Shown: positions 19,198 through 29,086 of the stretch, in pieces
How positions within the stretch are numbered: the first letter of the stretch is position 1
Layout: each line of letters opens with the position of its first letter
Source: a virus
DNA: 64,000 nt
Direction: 5' to 3' (one strand)
Virus record (IMG/VR): IMGVR_UViG_3300045988_176357
Coordinates: 128,053 to 192,052 of that record
Notes under the pieces: model-generated
Told to the model about the DNA's origin: nothing
Databases searched by the model: none
The model's input: the letters and a program-made list of their open reading frames with translations, nothing else
Position numbers and translations under genes: made by a program

Positions 19198-20594
19198 ACA
19201 AAATAAGGAGCACTATGCAGAAAGACATTACAAGATCAACACAGACAACATCTTACATAAGAACCAGCATTGTAGACAACGAAGCTGCCGGAACTGATTT
19301 CCAGCAGGTTTTCCCATATCAGAAGAAGCTGTTCGGCCGCATTCTGTGGCCCAGCAAGGACAGCATATTGCGTATTGTGCCAGGCAATGACGGTACGCAT
19401 ACATTCCCGCAGGTTATCAACGCAGACACCTGGACCACAGACGGTGACCAGACAAATTACCTGTCTGACACCTTCTACATGACATATACCCTTAGTGGTT
19501 TCGGTGACAGCAAGTGCGATATCTGCAGCAACTTGAAACCCGGCAGCGATGAAGCTGCCATGTACCCAGAATCTCCGCTAAATTACTTCTGCAACAAGAT
19601 ACATCGTACCATGAGGTATGTCTTGCAGGGCAAGGGCACCAAAGTCAGGTACAATGACAAGTGGCGCATGTGGACAGGGCTGCAAGGTACATTGCCGTTC
19701 CCGAGACCTACACTCATGTTCCAGGCTATCTGTGTACATCTGTGCGGAAGGGACTGTCTCAAAGAAGGGGAAGGAACCGATCCGGCACCTTTGTATGGTG
19801 TTATAGGCATCAACAACAAGACATCCATTGGCGAACTTGTCAAAGCGCTTGTCGCACCTATGGACAGACGTAGACCGATCGGGACAAACAACAATACATA
19901 TGGTGCACTTGCTGAGGCGTCAGGGAATGTGCTGTATCTGAACAGTGTACTGGATACGCAAGGTCATAAGTATCTTCAGCCCAGTATCCAGAGTTCGTCC
20001 GCACCGGCAAACAGCTGGGAACCTCAGCAGTACGACCTGACAGAGGATCTGTGCAAGCAGCTGTGGGTTCCATGGGACAAGGTGCTGAAATATTACACAG
20101 TAAAGGAACAGCTCGAACTGATAGCATCTGAGTTTGGCGCCGATACTGTTAATTATGTGTTCTCTCTGTCCCCGCAATGGGAAGGGCTGCAGATTCCTGA
20201 GCGTATTGCCGCTGTAGGTATGGGGCAGTATGCAGAGAATGCTCAGAGAGCCCCTTCATACAGTGCTTTCGGACAGAACATGCAGAAACAGGCATTTGGC
20301 AGTACTCAAAGACAGGCAGCGCCAGCTTCAGTATCAAGCGCTGTTCCTGGCTTCGGCAGGGCTGCCCAGCCGTCTTTTGCACCGCCGAACACGACACCGT
20401 CAGCCGGTGCTTCAGCAAGTCCTGCTGTAAGCATGGACAGCATCAAAGCAGAGCTGGCAAAGATCAGAGCGGCCGCCAACACTGTACCTAGTGGTGCGGG
20501 AGCATTGGCAAGCGCTATGCTGAACGATCTCGAACTGCCGCCTGATGATGACGTATACGAAGCTACAGGTGAGGAGAGCTTGGGAATCGAATAA
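19194..20594 (+). CDS. possible ssDNA-binding protein (gp32-like architecture: Cys/His cluster, Q/A/S-rich linker, acidic C-terminus DDDVYE)
   Basis: Architecture only; weak. Confidence 0.3.
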   Translation: MNKIRSTMQKDITRSTQTTSYIRTSIVDNEAAGTDFQQVFPYQKKLFGRILWPSKDSILRIVPGNDGTHTFPQVINADTWTTDGDQTNYLSDTFYMTYTLSGFGDSKCDICSNLKPGSDEAAMYPESPLNYFCNKIHRTMRYVLQGKGTKVRYNDKWRMWTGLQGTLPFPRPTLMFQAICVHLCGRDCLKEGEGTDPAPLYGVIGINNKTSIGELVKALVAPMDRRRPIGTNNNTYGALAEASGNVLYLNSVLDTQGHKYLQPSIQSSSAPANSWEPQQYDLTEDLCKQLWVPWDKVLKYYTVKEQLELIASEFGADTVNYVFSLSPQWEGLQIPERIAAVGMGQYAENAQRAPSYSAFGQNMQKQAFGSTQRQAAPASVSSAVPGFGRAAQPSFAPPNTTPSAGASASPAVSMDSIKAELAKIRAAANTVPSGAGALASAMLNDLELPPDDDVYEATGEESLGIE

Positions 20595-20643
20595 CTAAAA
20601 CATTCAGCCGGGTACTTATGTGCCCGGCATAAGGACAAACGAA

Positions 20644-21891
20644 ATGAAAACAGAAAAAGTGCTGAAGAAGAACGCAATCAAGGCCTATAAAGCCTTTAAC
20701 AGTGACCTTACCTGCAAAGGCTTCCAATATGAAGTCGGGAAGGAATACCACCATATAGGCGAGATTACAGTATGTTGGGCAGGCTTCCATGCTTGTGAAA
20801 GTTTGGCTGACTGCTTCCGCTTTTACCCGTTCAGTGAAACTAAAACCAGAGTGGCCGAGGTGCTCGCCTGGGGTAAAGTCAAGTACGAAGATACAGGTGT
20901 AAAACTCTGCGCCTCAAATATCAAGGTAGTCAGAGAACTCACATGGAGCGAGGTGTTGTCTCTGTGTAACAGCGGCGACAATAATACCGGCGACTGTAAT
21001 AGCGGCAACCATAACACCGGTGACTGGAACAGTGGCAGCCGTAACAGTGGCAATTGGAATACAGGCAACTGGAACAGCGGCAACAATAACACCGGTGACT
21101 GGAATAGCGGCGACTATAACACCGGCAACTATAACAGCGGCTACTGGAATTCCGGCAACAGTAACAGTGGCGAAGATAATAGCGGCAACAGTAACACCGG
21201 CAAGCGGAATAGCGGTGACAATAATAGCGGCAACAGTAACACCGGCAACTATAATACAGGCAACGGTAACAGCGGCAACCAGAACACCGGCTGCGGTAAC
21301 AGCGGCGACTGTAACAGCGGCGACTGTAACAGCGGCGACTGTAACAGCGGCAACCATAACAGAGGCTGCGGTAACAGCGGCGACTGGAATAGCGGCAACT
21401 GGAACATTGGCAACTGGAACATTGGCGACCGGAACAGCGGATACTTAAATACTTCGGCACAGAAATATTGCTTTATCTTTAACAAACAAGTTGAAAAGTC
21501 AGTCTTGGCTCAGATTGAGTTTCCGGAGTTCATGTGCTTCACTTTGATAGAGTGGATACCTGACTACAAAATGTCACAGCAGGAGAAAGAGCGGCACCCT
21601 GAATACGTCACAACAGGAGGATACCTAAAGGAGTACACATATAAGGAAGCCTTCAGGAAGTCCTTCGAGAAGGCCAGACGCAAATCTGACTGGCCCAAGC
21701 AGCGTCAGAAGCTGCTGGATCTGCCCAACTTCGATGCCAAGGTATTCGAGGAGATATCAGGCATCACATCTGAGGAACTTGGTGTCAGCGCTAAGGAGCT
21801 GGCAGACAAGCCAAAGACAGCCATGGAAGTCACAATGGCGGACATAGAGAAGGTATTCGGTTGTAAAATCAAGATTGTAAAGGATAGGTGA
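20644..21891 (+). CDS. NxGxx pentapeptide-like repeat protein, paralog 1 (~30 repeats); C-terminus carries the EVTMADIEKVFGCKIKIVKD motif
   Basis: Conserved N-terminal domain KAYKAFNSDLTCKGFQYEVGK..FHAC; conserved C-terminal domain HPEYVTTGGYLK..KEAFRKSFE. Confidence 0.6.
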   Translation: MKTEKVLKKNAIKAYKAFNSDLTCKGFQYEVGKEYHHIGEITVCWAGFHACESLADCFRFYPFSETKTRVAEVLAWGKVKYEDTGVKLCASNIKVVRELTWSEVLSLCNSGDNNTGDCNSGNHNTGDWNSGSRNSGNWNTGNWNSGNNNTGDWNSGDYNTGNYNSGYWNSGNSNSGEDNSGNSNTGKRNSGDNNSGNSNTGNYNTGNGNSGNQNTGCGNSGDCNSGDCNSGDCNSGNHNRGCGNSGDWNSGNWNIGNWNIGDRNSGYLNTSAQKYCFIFNKQVEKSVLAQIEFPEFMCFTLIEWIPDYKMSQQEKERHPEYVTTGGYLKEYTYKEAFRKSFEKARRKSDWPKQRQKLLDLPNFDAKVFEEISGITSEELGVSAKELADKPKTAMEVTMADIEKVFGCKIKIVKDR

Positions 21892-21892
21892 T

Positions 21893-22291
21893 ATGTCCGT
21901 AAATTCTTTCTATCCACATACAGAAAGGGAGCAGCTAGCTCCTTTTGCAAACAAACGTGTGTTGGTAACTGGAAAAGTGCAGCATATTGCGGCTTGGATG
22001 TCGGGTAAAAGGTGGGGGTTGCGAGCTAACCTGGTTCAGTGCAAAGTAAAGCATGGTAATATTCAAGTAAGTGTCGACCATTTTACAGTCAATGTCGGGA
22101 AACAATTTATCGCTGTTCGAGCCAAAAGGAACACAACAGTATCTTTCTATGCCACAGTCAAGGCATATCAGCCTGACAAACAACTGAAATATGTACCTGA
22201 TGACGTCAAGATCGCTCTCGGTCTTACACCAAGAGTACCATCATATGGCATCAAGTGGCCTACAAGGGTCGAGGTGGTCAGTAGATGTTAG
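21893..22291 (+). CDS. hypothetical protein (one of only two ORFs here ending in TAG)
   Basis: ORF; its stop overlaps the next start (ATGTTAG). Confidence 0.4.
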   Translation: MSVNSFYPHTEREQLAPFANKRVLVTGKVQHIAAWMSGKRWGLRANLVQCKVKHGNIQVSVDHFTVNVGKQFIAVRAKRNTTVSFYATVKAYQPDKQLKYVPDDVKIALGLTPRVPSYGIKWPTRVEVVSRC

Positions 22292-22773
22292 TACGTGTAA
22301 TTCCAAGGTACCTTATGGTACAGCTGTATAACAAGCATGTAGAAACTGGAGATACTGATGCCTTTCTTGACGGAAACCACTTTATTTCCGTTTACAGCAC
22401 CAGAGACACGTCACCTTTGCCGGACCATCCACATGTACTTAAATTGATGTGTGATGACCTGACACTTGCTGATATGCGTACATTTACAGAGGATGGCTGG
22501 AATCATGTTACACTGTTTGACGAGGACATGGCAGACAAGACCGCAGCTTTCATAAAGAGTATTCCCAGTACATGCAATTCACTTATAGTACACTGCGACG
22601 CAGGTGTCTCAAGATCTGGGGCCATAGGCATACTTGCCAACAGATATTTTAACGAAGAAGGCAGTGCTGACGATGAAAAGTTTCAACATGACTCAATGCC
22701 CTGGCTGTCGCCAAATCCGCACATATTGATGCTTCTCAGACCAAAGTTACAGAGAAAGGAAAACAATGTCTAA
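22285..22773 (+). CDS. protein-tyrosine/dual-specificity phosphatase-like
   Basis: CX5R motif VHCDAGVSRSGA. Confidence 0.6.
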   Translation: MLVRVIPRYLMVQLYNKHVETGDTDAFLDGNHFISVYSTRDTSPLPDHPHVLKLMCDDLTLADMRTFTEDGWNHVTLFDEDMADKTAAFIKSIPSTCNSLIVHCDAGVSRSGAIGILANRYFNEEGSADDEKFQHDSMPWLSPNPHILMLLRPKLQRKENNV

Positions 22774-23719
22774 CTTAATCAAAATCGGACGCAACAACGA
22801 ACTTAAGAGAGCCACACTGGAACTGCCTAAGTACGGTGAGCTCACGGACGAGCGTGTAGTACAGGAAATGCGTGGTGTGTTTGACGGTTTCGAGTACGAC
22901 CCAGACACGCAGGTCGAGACTGTGTTCAAGACAGTCGAACAGATCGAGACTTATGCCGCCGAAGTCAGTAAAGAGCTTGAACAGGCTGACAACGACTTCA
23001 AGATGGCCGCAATCACCAATGCAGGGGCCATTGCAGCTAAACGCTGGCACTTTGGCTTTATGATCAGCAAGTGCCTCAAGGCTTCCAAGTACGGTGAAGG
23101 CGTCGCCAATAAGATCGCAGCCGCAGCCAATATTTCGCTGCCGTACCTTTATCAGTACAGAGCAGTCGGAGACAATCTCAGCATCAGAGACGCCTATATC
23201 CTTGGTATGTACGGCGCTGGCTGGGACTGCATTCGTCAGGTTGCCGCAGTAAACGATCCCGATACAAGACAGAACCTCATTCAGTACTTTGTCCAGTCTA
23301 TCACCGACTGGAACAACAGTGTCGCCAAAGAGCAGGCGAAAGAGGCACTCAAGTCGGCATTGTCCATGCTGAAGCACGGTCCTGCCGAACTTGATGTTTC
23401 CAGTCCGGCCAAGATCGAGACAGCGGTCAACTTCGAATCCGAAGCGCCTGAATTCATGGAAGCCAAGAAGCAGCTGCAGAAGCTGATGACAGCATGCAGA
23501 GGGATTGTCAAAGATAACAAGTTGTCTCCGATGCTGAAGTCCTTTGGCGATTGTTACCTTGCGGATAATGTCCCTGATGCCGAGGCGCACCTCGATACAC
23601 TGCACGAAGATGCGACATCAGCATTGGAGCTTCTGCAGCAGGTCGAGAGCGTGCTGCCGCAACTCAAGGAAGAAGTCACAAGCTTGCAAAATATGGGGCT
23701 CAGTCATGCAGACAGTTAA
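22766..23719 (+). CDS. hypothetical protein
   Basis: ORF. Confidence 0.45.
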   Translation: MSNLIKIGRNNELKRATLELPKYGELTDERVVQEMRGVFDGFEYDPDTQVETVFKTVEQIETYAAEVSKELEQADNDFKMAAITNAGAIAAKRWHFGFMISKCLKASKYGEGVANKIAAAANISLPYLYQYRAVGDNLSIRDAYILGMYGAGWDCIRQVAAVNDPDTRQNLIQYFVQSITDWNNSVAKEQAKEALKSALSMLKHGPAELDVSSPAKIETAVNFESEAPEFMEAKKQLQKLMTACRGIVKDNKLSPMLKSFGDCYLADNVPDAEAHLDTLHEDATSALELLQQVESVLPQLKEEVTSLQNMGLSHADS

Positions 23720-23945
23720 GGTGGAAGTCGATGTGTCGGCCCTTATGTGTCCTCATTGCGGTTCTGTCGACAGTGTCAAGTTGATCGACCTTGGACCGGA
23801 AAGAGATGCAGAAGGTGAATACGGTAACTTTAGGTGCACCTGTTTCGAGTGCGGCTGGTCGACATGTGACATGGATACCGCAGAGGATGCAGTGTACGCT
23901 TTTATCACGGGTCTCGACTGTGATGTCAGGCATGACATAATATGA
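23706..23945 (+). CDS. small zinc-ribbon protein
   Basis: CPHCG...C.C..CG. Confidence 0.35.
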   Translation: MQTVKVEVDVSALMCPHCGSVDSVKLIDLGPERDAEGEYGNFRCTCFECGWSTCDMDTAEDAVYAFITGLDCDVRHDII

Positions 23946-24661
23946 AACCAATAGGCTACGGGAAGCTCATTAAGCTCCTCAAAGCCACAGCACCAATATC
24001 AAAGCAGTTCGAAAATGAAGTTCTGCGGGATCAGCGTCTCGCAGAACTTTTTTCTTGTGTAGCCGAGGTCGTGCTGCCGAAAGCTACAGAACCGCAGAGA
24101 TGGGCGTTGTGGCAGTGTTTCAAGGGTCTGAACGGCGTGCGTGTAACACAGCGACATATAGTGTCCTGTGTGTGCAGAGCAGCAGCAAATATGCACTACA
24201 TCCACGAGGGTATCGCACCCTTCTATTGGGATGGCAACAGCACAGCTGCTGTAATGAATTGCTTAGGTATAGAACAAGATGTAGCAGCTAAAGGAAAGCG
24301 CAGATTGATAGTGCATTTGATGTGTCTTCTTGGCGAACCTGCTGGACTAATATTCAAGGTGTCTCTAAGTTGTAACATGCTTGAGTATCTACTGGGTAAG
24401 CAGTTTGGCGTCTCTTTTCGCAAGTACAATGCAGCAGCCGAAGAGATCGCCGGTTGTGTCTTCAAGTGTACATTAAGTGAAGACACAGCAGGAGCCTATC
24501 TAGCGGATTTCAGCGCAACGCAAGCTATGAAAGACCATAACAGAAAGCTGGCAGAGATGCGCGTAAATCCAAGAAAATGCAAAACACCTGCAATGCCATG
24601 CGCGTCCTGTACCAAAACAAGGGCTCAGTGCATTTTGGCATGCAGAGTTGAGGACAAATGA
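23942..24661 (+). CDS. hypothetical protein
   Basis: ORF. Confidence 0.45.
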   Translation: MKPIGYGKLIKLLKATAPISKQFENEVLRDQRLAELFSCVAEVVLPKATEPQRWALWQCFKGLNGVRVTQRHIVSCVCRAAANMHYIHEGIAPFYWDGNSTAAVMNCLGIEQDVAAKGKRRLIVHLMCLLGEPAGLIFKVSLSCNMLEYLLGKQFGVSFRKYNAAAEEIAGCVFKCTLSEDTAGAYLADFSATQAMKDHNRKLAEMRVNPRKCKTPAMPCASCTKTRAQCILACRVEDK

Positions 24662-24662
24662 A

Positions 24663-25625
24663 ATGAAAACAGAAAGAGTACTGAAGAAGAACGCAATCAA
24701 GGCTTACAAAGCCTTTAACAGTGACCTGACTTGCAAAGGCTTCCAATATGAAGTCGGCAAGACCTACAGGCATAATGCTGTCTTGAAACTGTGCGAGTCA
24801 GGCTTCCATGCTTGCGAAAGGCTGGTTGACTGCTTCAGTTATTATGAGCCAAACCGAGCAAAAACTCGAATTTGCGAGATTCTGGCTTGGGGCGATATCC
24901 AGAGAAATACCGAAGACACCAAGTTATGTGCATCCAGAATCCACATTGTAAAGGAGTTGTCCTGGGATAACGTATGCTGTCTATGCAATAATATCGGCAT
25001 CGGAAATCAAGGATTGGGTAACTCTGGAAATTACAACAGTGGAAACTCAAATTCCGGTAACTGGAATACAGGTAATAACAACGAAGGTAAGTACAATTCA
25101 GGCAATTGTAACGCTGGCTTAGGGAATGTAGGCACAGGCAATATAGGCAATAATAACTGTGGCCACTATAATTACGGTCATAGGAATTCCGGAAACAATA
25201 ACATAGGATGTCGCAATGTAGGAAACCACAATACGGGCTACTATAATGTCGGTAACTGGAACAAAGGGTCGTTTAATATCGGCTGCTTCAATACAACAGA
25301 TGCCACTGTACATATGTTTAACAAGCCTGTTATCGGAATCAGGCCATTTGATATTTTAGTCCCAGGTTTCTGCATCTTCGATACGACAGAATGGGTATCG
25401 GCCAGATGTATGACAGCTGAAGAAAAGAGGTGGCATCCCGAGTACGTTACAACAGGAGGGTACCAAAAACAATACGACTACAAGGAAGCCTTCAGAAAGT
25501 CCTTCGAGGAGGCAAAGCGCCTTCCGGACTGGCCCGAACAGCTTAAGAGGCTGAAGGCGCTGCCCAACTTCGATGCCAAGGTATTCGAGGAGATATCAGG
25601 CATCAAGGAAGAGGAACTTGTTTAA
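24663..25625 (+). CDS. NxGxx repeat protein, paralog 2
   Basis: Same N- and C-terminal domains as 20644. Confidence 0.6.
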   Translation: MKTERVLKKNAIKAYKAFNSDLTCKGFQYEVGKTYRHNAVLKLCESGFHACERLVDCFSYYEPNRAKTRICEILAWGDIQRNTEDTKLCASRIHIVKELSWDNVCCLCNNIGIGNQGLGNSGNYNSGNSNSGNWNTGNNNEGKYNSGNCNAGLGNVGTGNIGNNNCGHYNYGHRNSGNNNIGCRNVGNHNTGYYNVGNWNKGSFNIGCFNTTDATVHMFNKPVIGIRPFDILVPGFCIFDTTEWVSARCMTAEEKRWHPEYVTTGGYQKQYDYKEAFRKSFEEAKRLPDWPEQLKRLKALPNFDAKVFEEISGIKEEELV

Positions 25626-25640
25626 AGAAAGGAGGACAAA

Positions 25641-25985
25641 ATGAAAGTAACAGATCTCGACACAAAAGAAGTAACAGTAACAGTAACACGCTACATACTG
25701 AATGAGAAGGTCTTTGACCTTGAAGAGTGCCCCGACTGGGCTCAGTATGCAGCTGTGGATGCTGATGGGAAAGCGCATTGGTTTGGTTCTCAGCCGTGTA
25801 TTCGAGCAAAGTGGTGGAGACGCCAACCATGTAGTAGCTCAAGTCATGTATGCTTTGGTTGGCTTTTCGACGCTACCGACTGGCAGCACAGCCTTATCGA
25901 GCGGCCAAAGAAGGTGCTCGAGGTCACCATGTCGGATATCGAGAAGAAATATGGATGCAAAGTCAAGCTTGTACGGGAGGAGTGA
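25641..25985 (+). CDS. 'CPDWAQYAAVD' family small protein
   Basis: Motif present; follows a repeat-protein paralog. Confidence 0.5.
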   Translation: MKVTDLDTKEVTVTVTRYILNEKVFDLEECPDWAQYAAVDADGKAHWFGSQPCIRAKWWRRQPCSSSSHVCFGWLFDATDWQHSLIERPKKVLEVTMSDIEKKYGCKVKLVREE

Positions 25986-25987
25986 AA

Positions 25988-26524
25988 ATGACTACAAAAG
26001 AATTTGTTACAAAATATGGGACTCAGATTAGCGGTGATTTGGTCGATGAGCTGTCGCATCATTCAGATGTACGCAGTTTCGTTTACTGGTTGCTGTATGC
26101 GTGCGGTTATCTTGAATCTCTGAAACTGGAGTGGCTGGTCCAGTTGCTTAGAACCAGAGATGCAGACAGCTTGAGACCTTATGTTGCCGAAGCTGTACTC
26201 AAATCCTGGCAGCAGCCAGTGTCCATCGGTATTCCGTCATCACTGTCGACTGAAGCTGAAGCATTGCTTACGACAATGATAAATGACCATGAACATACGC
26301 AAGATGTATATGCACATGCAGTGAGCATGAAAGAGCTCTCTGTGCAGAATGTACAGGTGGCCTATTGCGCCTCACCAGATATCAAGCGGTTGCTGTGGCA
26401 AATCCTGCATGGTATTGTTGTCTGGAAATCTCTTGATTATCGGTTATCAGAAGCTTATGTAACAAATCAGGTGCTTAAGTACATGCAACCAGTTGTATCT
26501 TTGTTCGAGGAGAACCTGGAATGA
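25988..26524 (+). CDS. hypothetical protein
   Basis: ORF. Confidence 0.4.
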   Translation: MTTKEFVTKYGTQISGDLVDELSHHSDVRSFVYWLLYACGYLESLKLEWLVQLLRTRDADSLRPYVAEAVLKSWQQPVSIGIPSSLSTEAEALLTTMINDHEHTQDVYAHAVSMKELSVQNVQVAYCASPDIKRLLWQILHGIVVWKSLDYRLSEAYVTNQVLKYMQPVVSLFEENLE

Positions 26525-27162
26525 CTGTAGACGATTTGGTTATGTTCGATAACAAGAAGCTCCTTGATTTCTTTAAGCTCGATCAGTGCCCTGACTGGGC
26601 AGAGTGGGTCGCTGTAGATAAGGATGGAACAGTCTGTTATTATTCTGGCGAACCTATTATATTTACTTGTGCGGGTGAATGGACACGTAACTCACCGAGC
26701 CATACATTGCAAGCTGTCAAGATAAACGGCATTAATATCAAAATTACTGTCGATGACTGGACAAAAGCGAAAGTCAAGAGGCCTCCTACAGGCAATGAAA
26801 TGTTTCTTGGTAAGTGCAGAAACATCCATGTTCTCATGAAAGACTCTAAGTATGTAGTTTCTTTCGAGTGCCGTACAGAGGACACCCACGACAACGATAG
26901 CTATTATTTGGAACTGACAGTCGAACATAGATTGGCAGCAGAGATACTCGAGAGAGACTTAGGGCATATCATTGCTGAGTGGCTGGGTAAGGATGTGTCT
27001 GTAGAAACCATAGGTTCATATATTCGCAGTGCTCTTCAGTCCAGTATACCTGAAGCTTTCTTAGCCGCAGTCACTGATGTTCGTCTGTTTCAGGGCCAGG
27101 CACGAAAGGTCTGTGAAAACTATGAAAACACTCAAAGATTTGATAATGTACAGCAACGATGA
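26521..27162 (+). CDS. 'CPDW' family divergent member (KLDQCPDWAEWVAVDKDG)
   Basis: Motif present. Confidence 0.45.
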   Translation: MTVDDLVMFDNKKLLDFFKLDQCPDWAEWVAVDKDGTVCYYSGEPIIFTCAGEWTRNSPSHTLQAVKINGINIKITVDDWTKAKVKRPPTGNEMFLGKCRNIHVLMKDSKYVVSFECRTEDTHDNDSYYLELTVEHRLAAEILERDLGHIIAEWLGKDVSVETIGSYIRSALQSSIPEAFLAAVTDVRLFQGQARKVCENYENTQRFDNVQQR

Positions 27163-27424
27163 GCTCCTGGCGTTTTTCGAGCTGAACATATGTCCGACAT
27201 GGGCGACTTGGCTAGCAGTCGATATTGATGGGTTGGTGACATTTTTCGACGCTGAACCGGAGATGCACTGTGGTTATTGGCAGCCAGCACAAGGGCGTGG
27301 TAAATTTTATACGTTGAAACTTAATGACGTGTATGTACGTATTTATGTCGCTGACTTTAATTTGGCAAAGGTCAGTCGACAGTTGCAACGTACAATAGAA
27401 AATAACAGAGAGGAGAATACATGA
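27122..27424 (+). CDS. 'CPDW' family divergent member (ELNICPTWATWLAVDIDG)
   Basis: Motif present. Confidence 0.4.
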   Translation: MKTLKDLIMYSNDELLAFFELNICPTWATWLAVDIDGLVTFFDAEPEMHCGYWQPAQGRGKFYTLKLNDVYVRIYVADFNLAKVSRQLQRTIENNREENT

Positions 27425-28761
27425 AAAAAGGACTCGGAAACCTGCTGGATGCACTTAGCAAGGCAGATGGCGGCGTCAGTATGTCCATCACAGAATTCAA
27501 AGAAGCCCAGTATGGTATTCCACTTAAGCATTACTGTCTGCAGTATCTTTTCGGCAGCACTGGGCTCAGGTACGGCGGTTTCTATCTGCTTGCAGGTAAG
27601 CCGAAGTCGTGCAAGTCGCCGTTTGCTTTCTTTCTCGCACATCTCAGCTGTGAGAATGATGGCATTGCATATGTGTACGAACTTGAAGGCAAAGCGTCAC
27701 CGACGTTGCTCAACAGCATGTTTGCAGACAAGCCCGAATGGCGAGAGGATGGCGGCCCTTTCAAGCTCATCAGAGGATTGACCTTGGATGGTGCAGAGAA
27801 GCACCTTACAAAGTCCGTGCTTAAATTATTCAAGCAGTATGAAGTCTACGACACTCCGCTGCTGATCGACTGGGACTCCATCTCAGGGGCTGCGATGTCA
27901 GATGTCGTGTCCAAGATCGAGAAGGAAGGTGTAGCCAGTAAAGGCTACTACGAGAAAGCACACATCATGAAGCATCTGACAGAGAGCTGGGTGGCACTTA
28001 CCAATAACCTGCCTGTCGTATTCGTCGGCGTCCTGCAGGAAAAAGAAAAGGCTGCAGAAGGATGGGCACCTGCAGGCGGACCGCAGAAGTCATATGGCGG
28101 CGGCGATTCGCAGCTGTTCAAGGCAGGTACATTGCTGTCATTCTCTCACAGCACGCTGCAGAACGGCGCAGGCAAACTTGTGCGTATCAAAACTGCACTG
28201 AATGGGTTCGCAGACAGCAGAGGCATTGAAGTCAAGTTTGTCTGGGACCAGTTCGGAGATCTTGAAACTGATTCACAGGGACATAAGTGGCTCTTCGCAG
28301 AGGCGACGGCAAAGTGTCTCGCACAGCCGAAGATCGTCGGCGAACTCAGAGACATCATTGATGTGAAGATCAACGACTCCGGCGACAGAGTGACATGCAA
28401 GACGTTCGGTCTTGACAAGGTTACAGCAACAGAGTTCGAGGAGGCCTTGTTCGCACCTGAGAACGCCAAGGTGCTGGAAGACCTCTACAGGTATCAGAAA
28501 ATCGAGAAGATCAAGCTGCCCTCAGAGTACGCAGCTTACGCCGAGAAAGCAGGTGACAAAGAGGCTGCGTACAAAGAGGCGCAGAAACAGGCACAGCTCG
28601 AAGAGCGTGAGGCCAAGGCGGCTGAAGCTGCAGCAAAGGAAGCAGCCAAGCAGGCAAAACGAGAGGCGAAAGCCAAGAAGTCAGCTGCGGCATCCAACCC
28701 GTTAGCTGCCTTGGCAGATATGGCTAAGAAAGCGGAGGCATCCGATGCAAAAGCTGAATAA
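27421..28761 (+). CDS. UvsX/RecA-family recombinase
   Basis: LLAGKPKSCKSPFAFF versus T4 UvsX ILAGPSKSFKSNFGL; Lys/Ala/Glu-rich C-terminal tail. Confidence 0.7.
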   Translation: MKKGLGNLLDALSKADGGVSMSITEFKEAQYGIPLKHYCLQYLFGSTGLRYGGFYLLAGKPKSCKSPFAFFLAHLSCENDGIAYVYELEGKASPTLLNSMFADKPEWREDGGPFKLIRGLTLDGAEKHLTKSVLKLFKQYEVYDTPLLIDWDSISGAAMSDVVSKIEKEGVASKGYYEKAHIMKHLTESWVALTNNLPVVFVGVLQEKEKAAEGWAPAGGPQKSYGGGDSQLFKAGTLLSFSHSTLQNGAGKLVRIKTALNGFADSRGIEVKFVWDQFGDLETDSQGHKWLFAEATAKCLAQPKIVGELRDIIDVKINDSGDRVTCKTFGLDKVTATEFEEALFAPENAKVLEDLYRYQKIEKIKLPSEYAAYAEKAGDKEAAYKEAQKQAQLEEREAKAAEAAAKEAAKQAKREAKAKKSAAASNPLAALADMAKKAEASDAKAE

Positions 28762-29086
28762 CAAGCGCGTGTTCTGTACACCTTACGACGATCAGCGTAT
28801 CGTGACAGCAAAAATCAAGAACGAAAAGCACTATGTACTGAAAGCATGTCCGTTCTGCGGCCGCAAGCCTGTAATCGAGACAGTAGAACCGATATTCCAT
28901 GCCGATAAAGTCCAGTACTTTGTATCATGTGCGCACCACGGCTGCGACTGCTACACAAGAACCTATCGCAGTCCGGGTGAGGCAATCGCGAAATGGAACA
29001 GACGCATCAGTCCACTTGACCGTATTGTAGCTTCTGACTTGAAACGCAGTCTTAAAGCAGCACAGAAAGAGGCGACAAATGAGTGA
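28745..29086 (+). CDS. Lar-like zinc-finger protein (possible restriction alleviation)
   Basis: CPFCG...C.HHGC motif. Confidence 0.35.
   Translation: MQKLNNKRVFCTPYDDQRIVTAKIKNEKHYVLKACPFCGRKPVIETVEPIFHADKVQYFVSCAHHGCDCYTRTYRSPGEAIAKWNRRISPLDRIVASDLKRSLKAAQKEATNE

Noticed and set aside
20940-21440. Regular short repeats that could be mistaken for a CRISPR array or a minisatellite.
   Set aside because: The period is 15 nt and in frame within a protein-coding gene (pentapeptide repeats). There are no spacers of unique sequence and no leader.
20914-21460. Long minus-strand ORFs (147-173 aa) and short + ORFs inside the NxGxx repeat genes. The same occurs at 36055-36480 and 59746-60141.
   Set aside because: These are artefacts of the low-complexity 15-nt DNA repeats. 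They overlap well-supported + strand genes with conserved N- and C-terminal domains.
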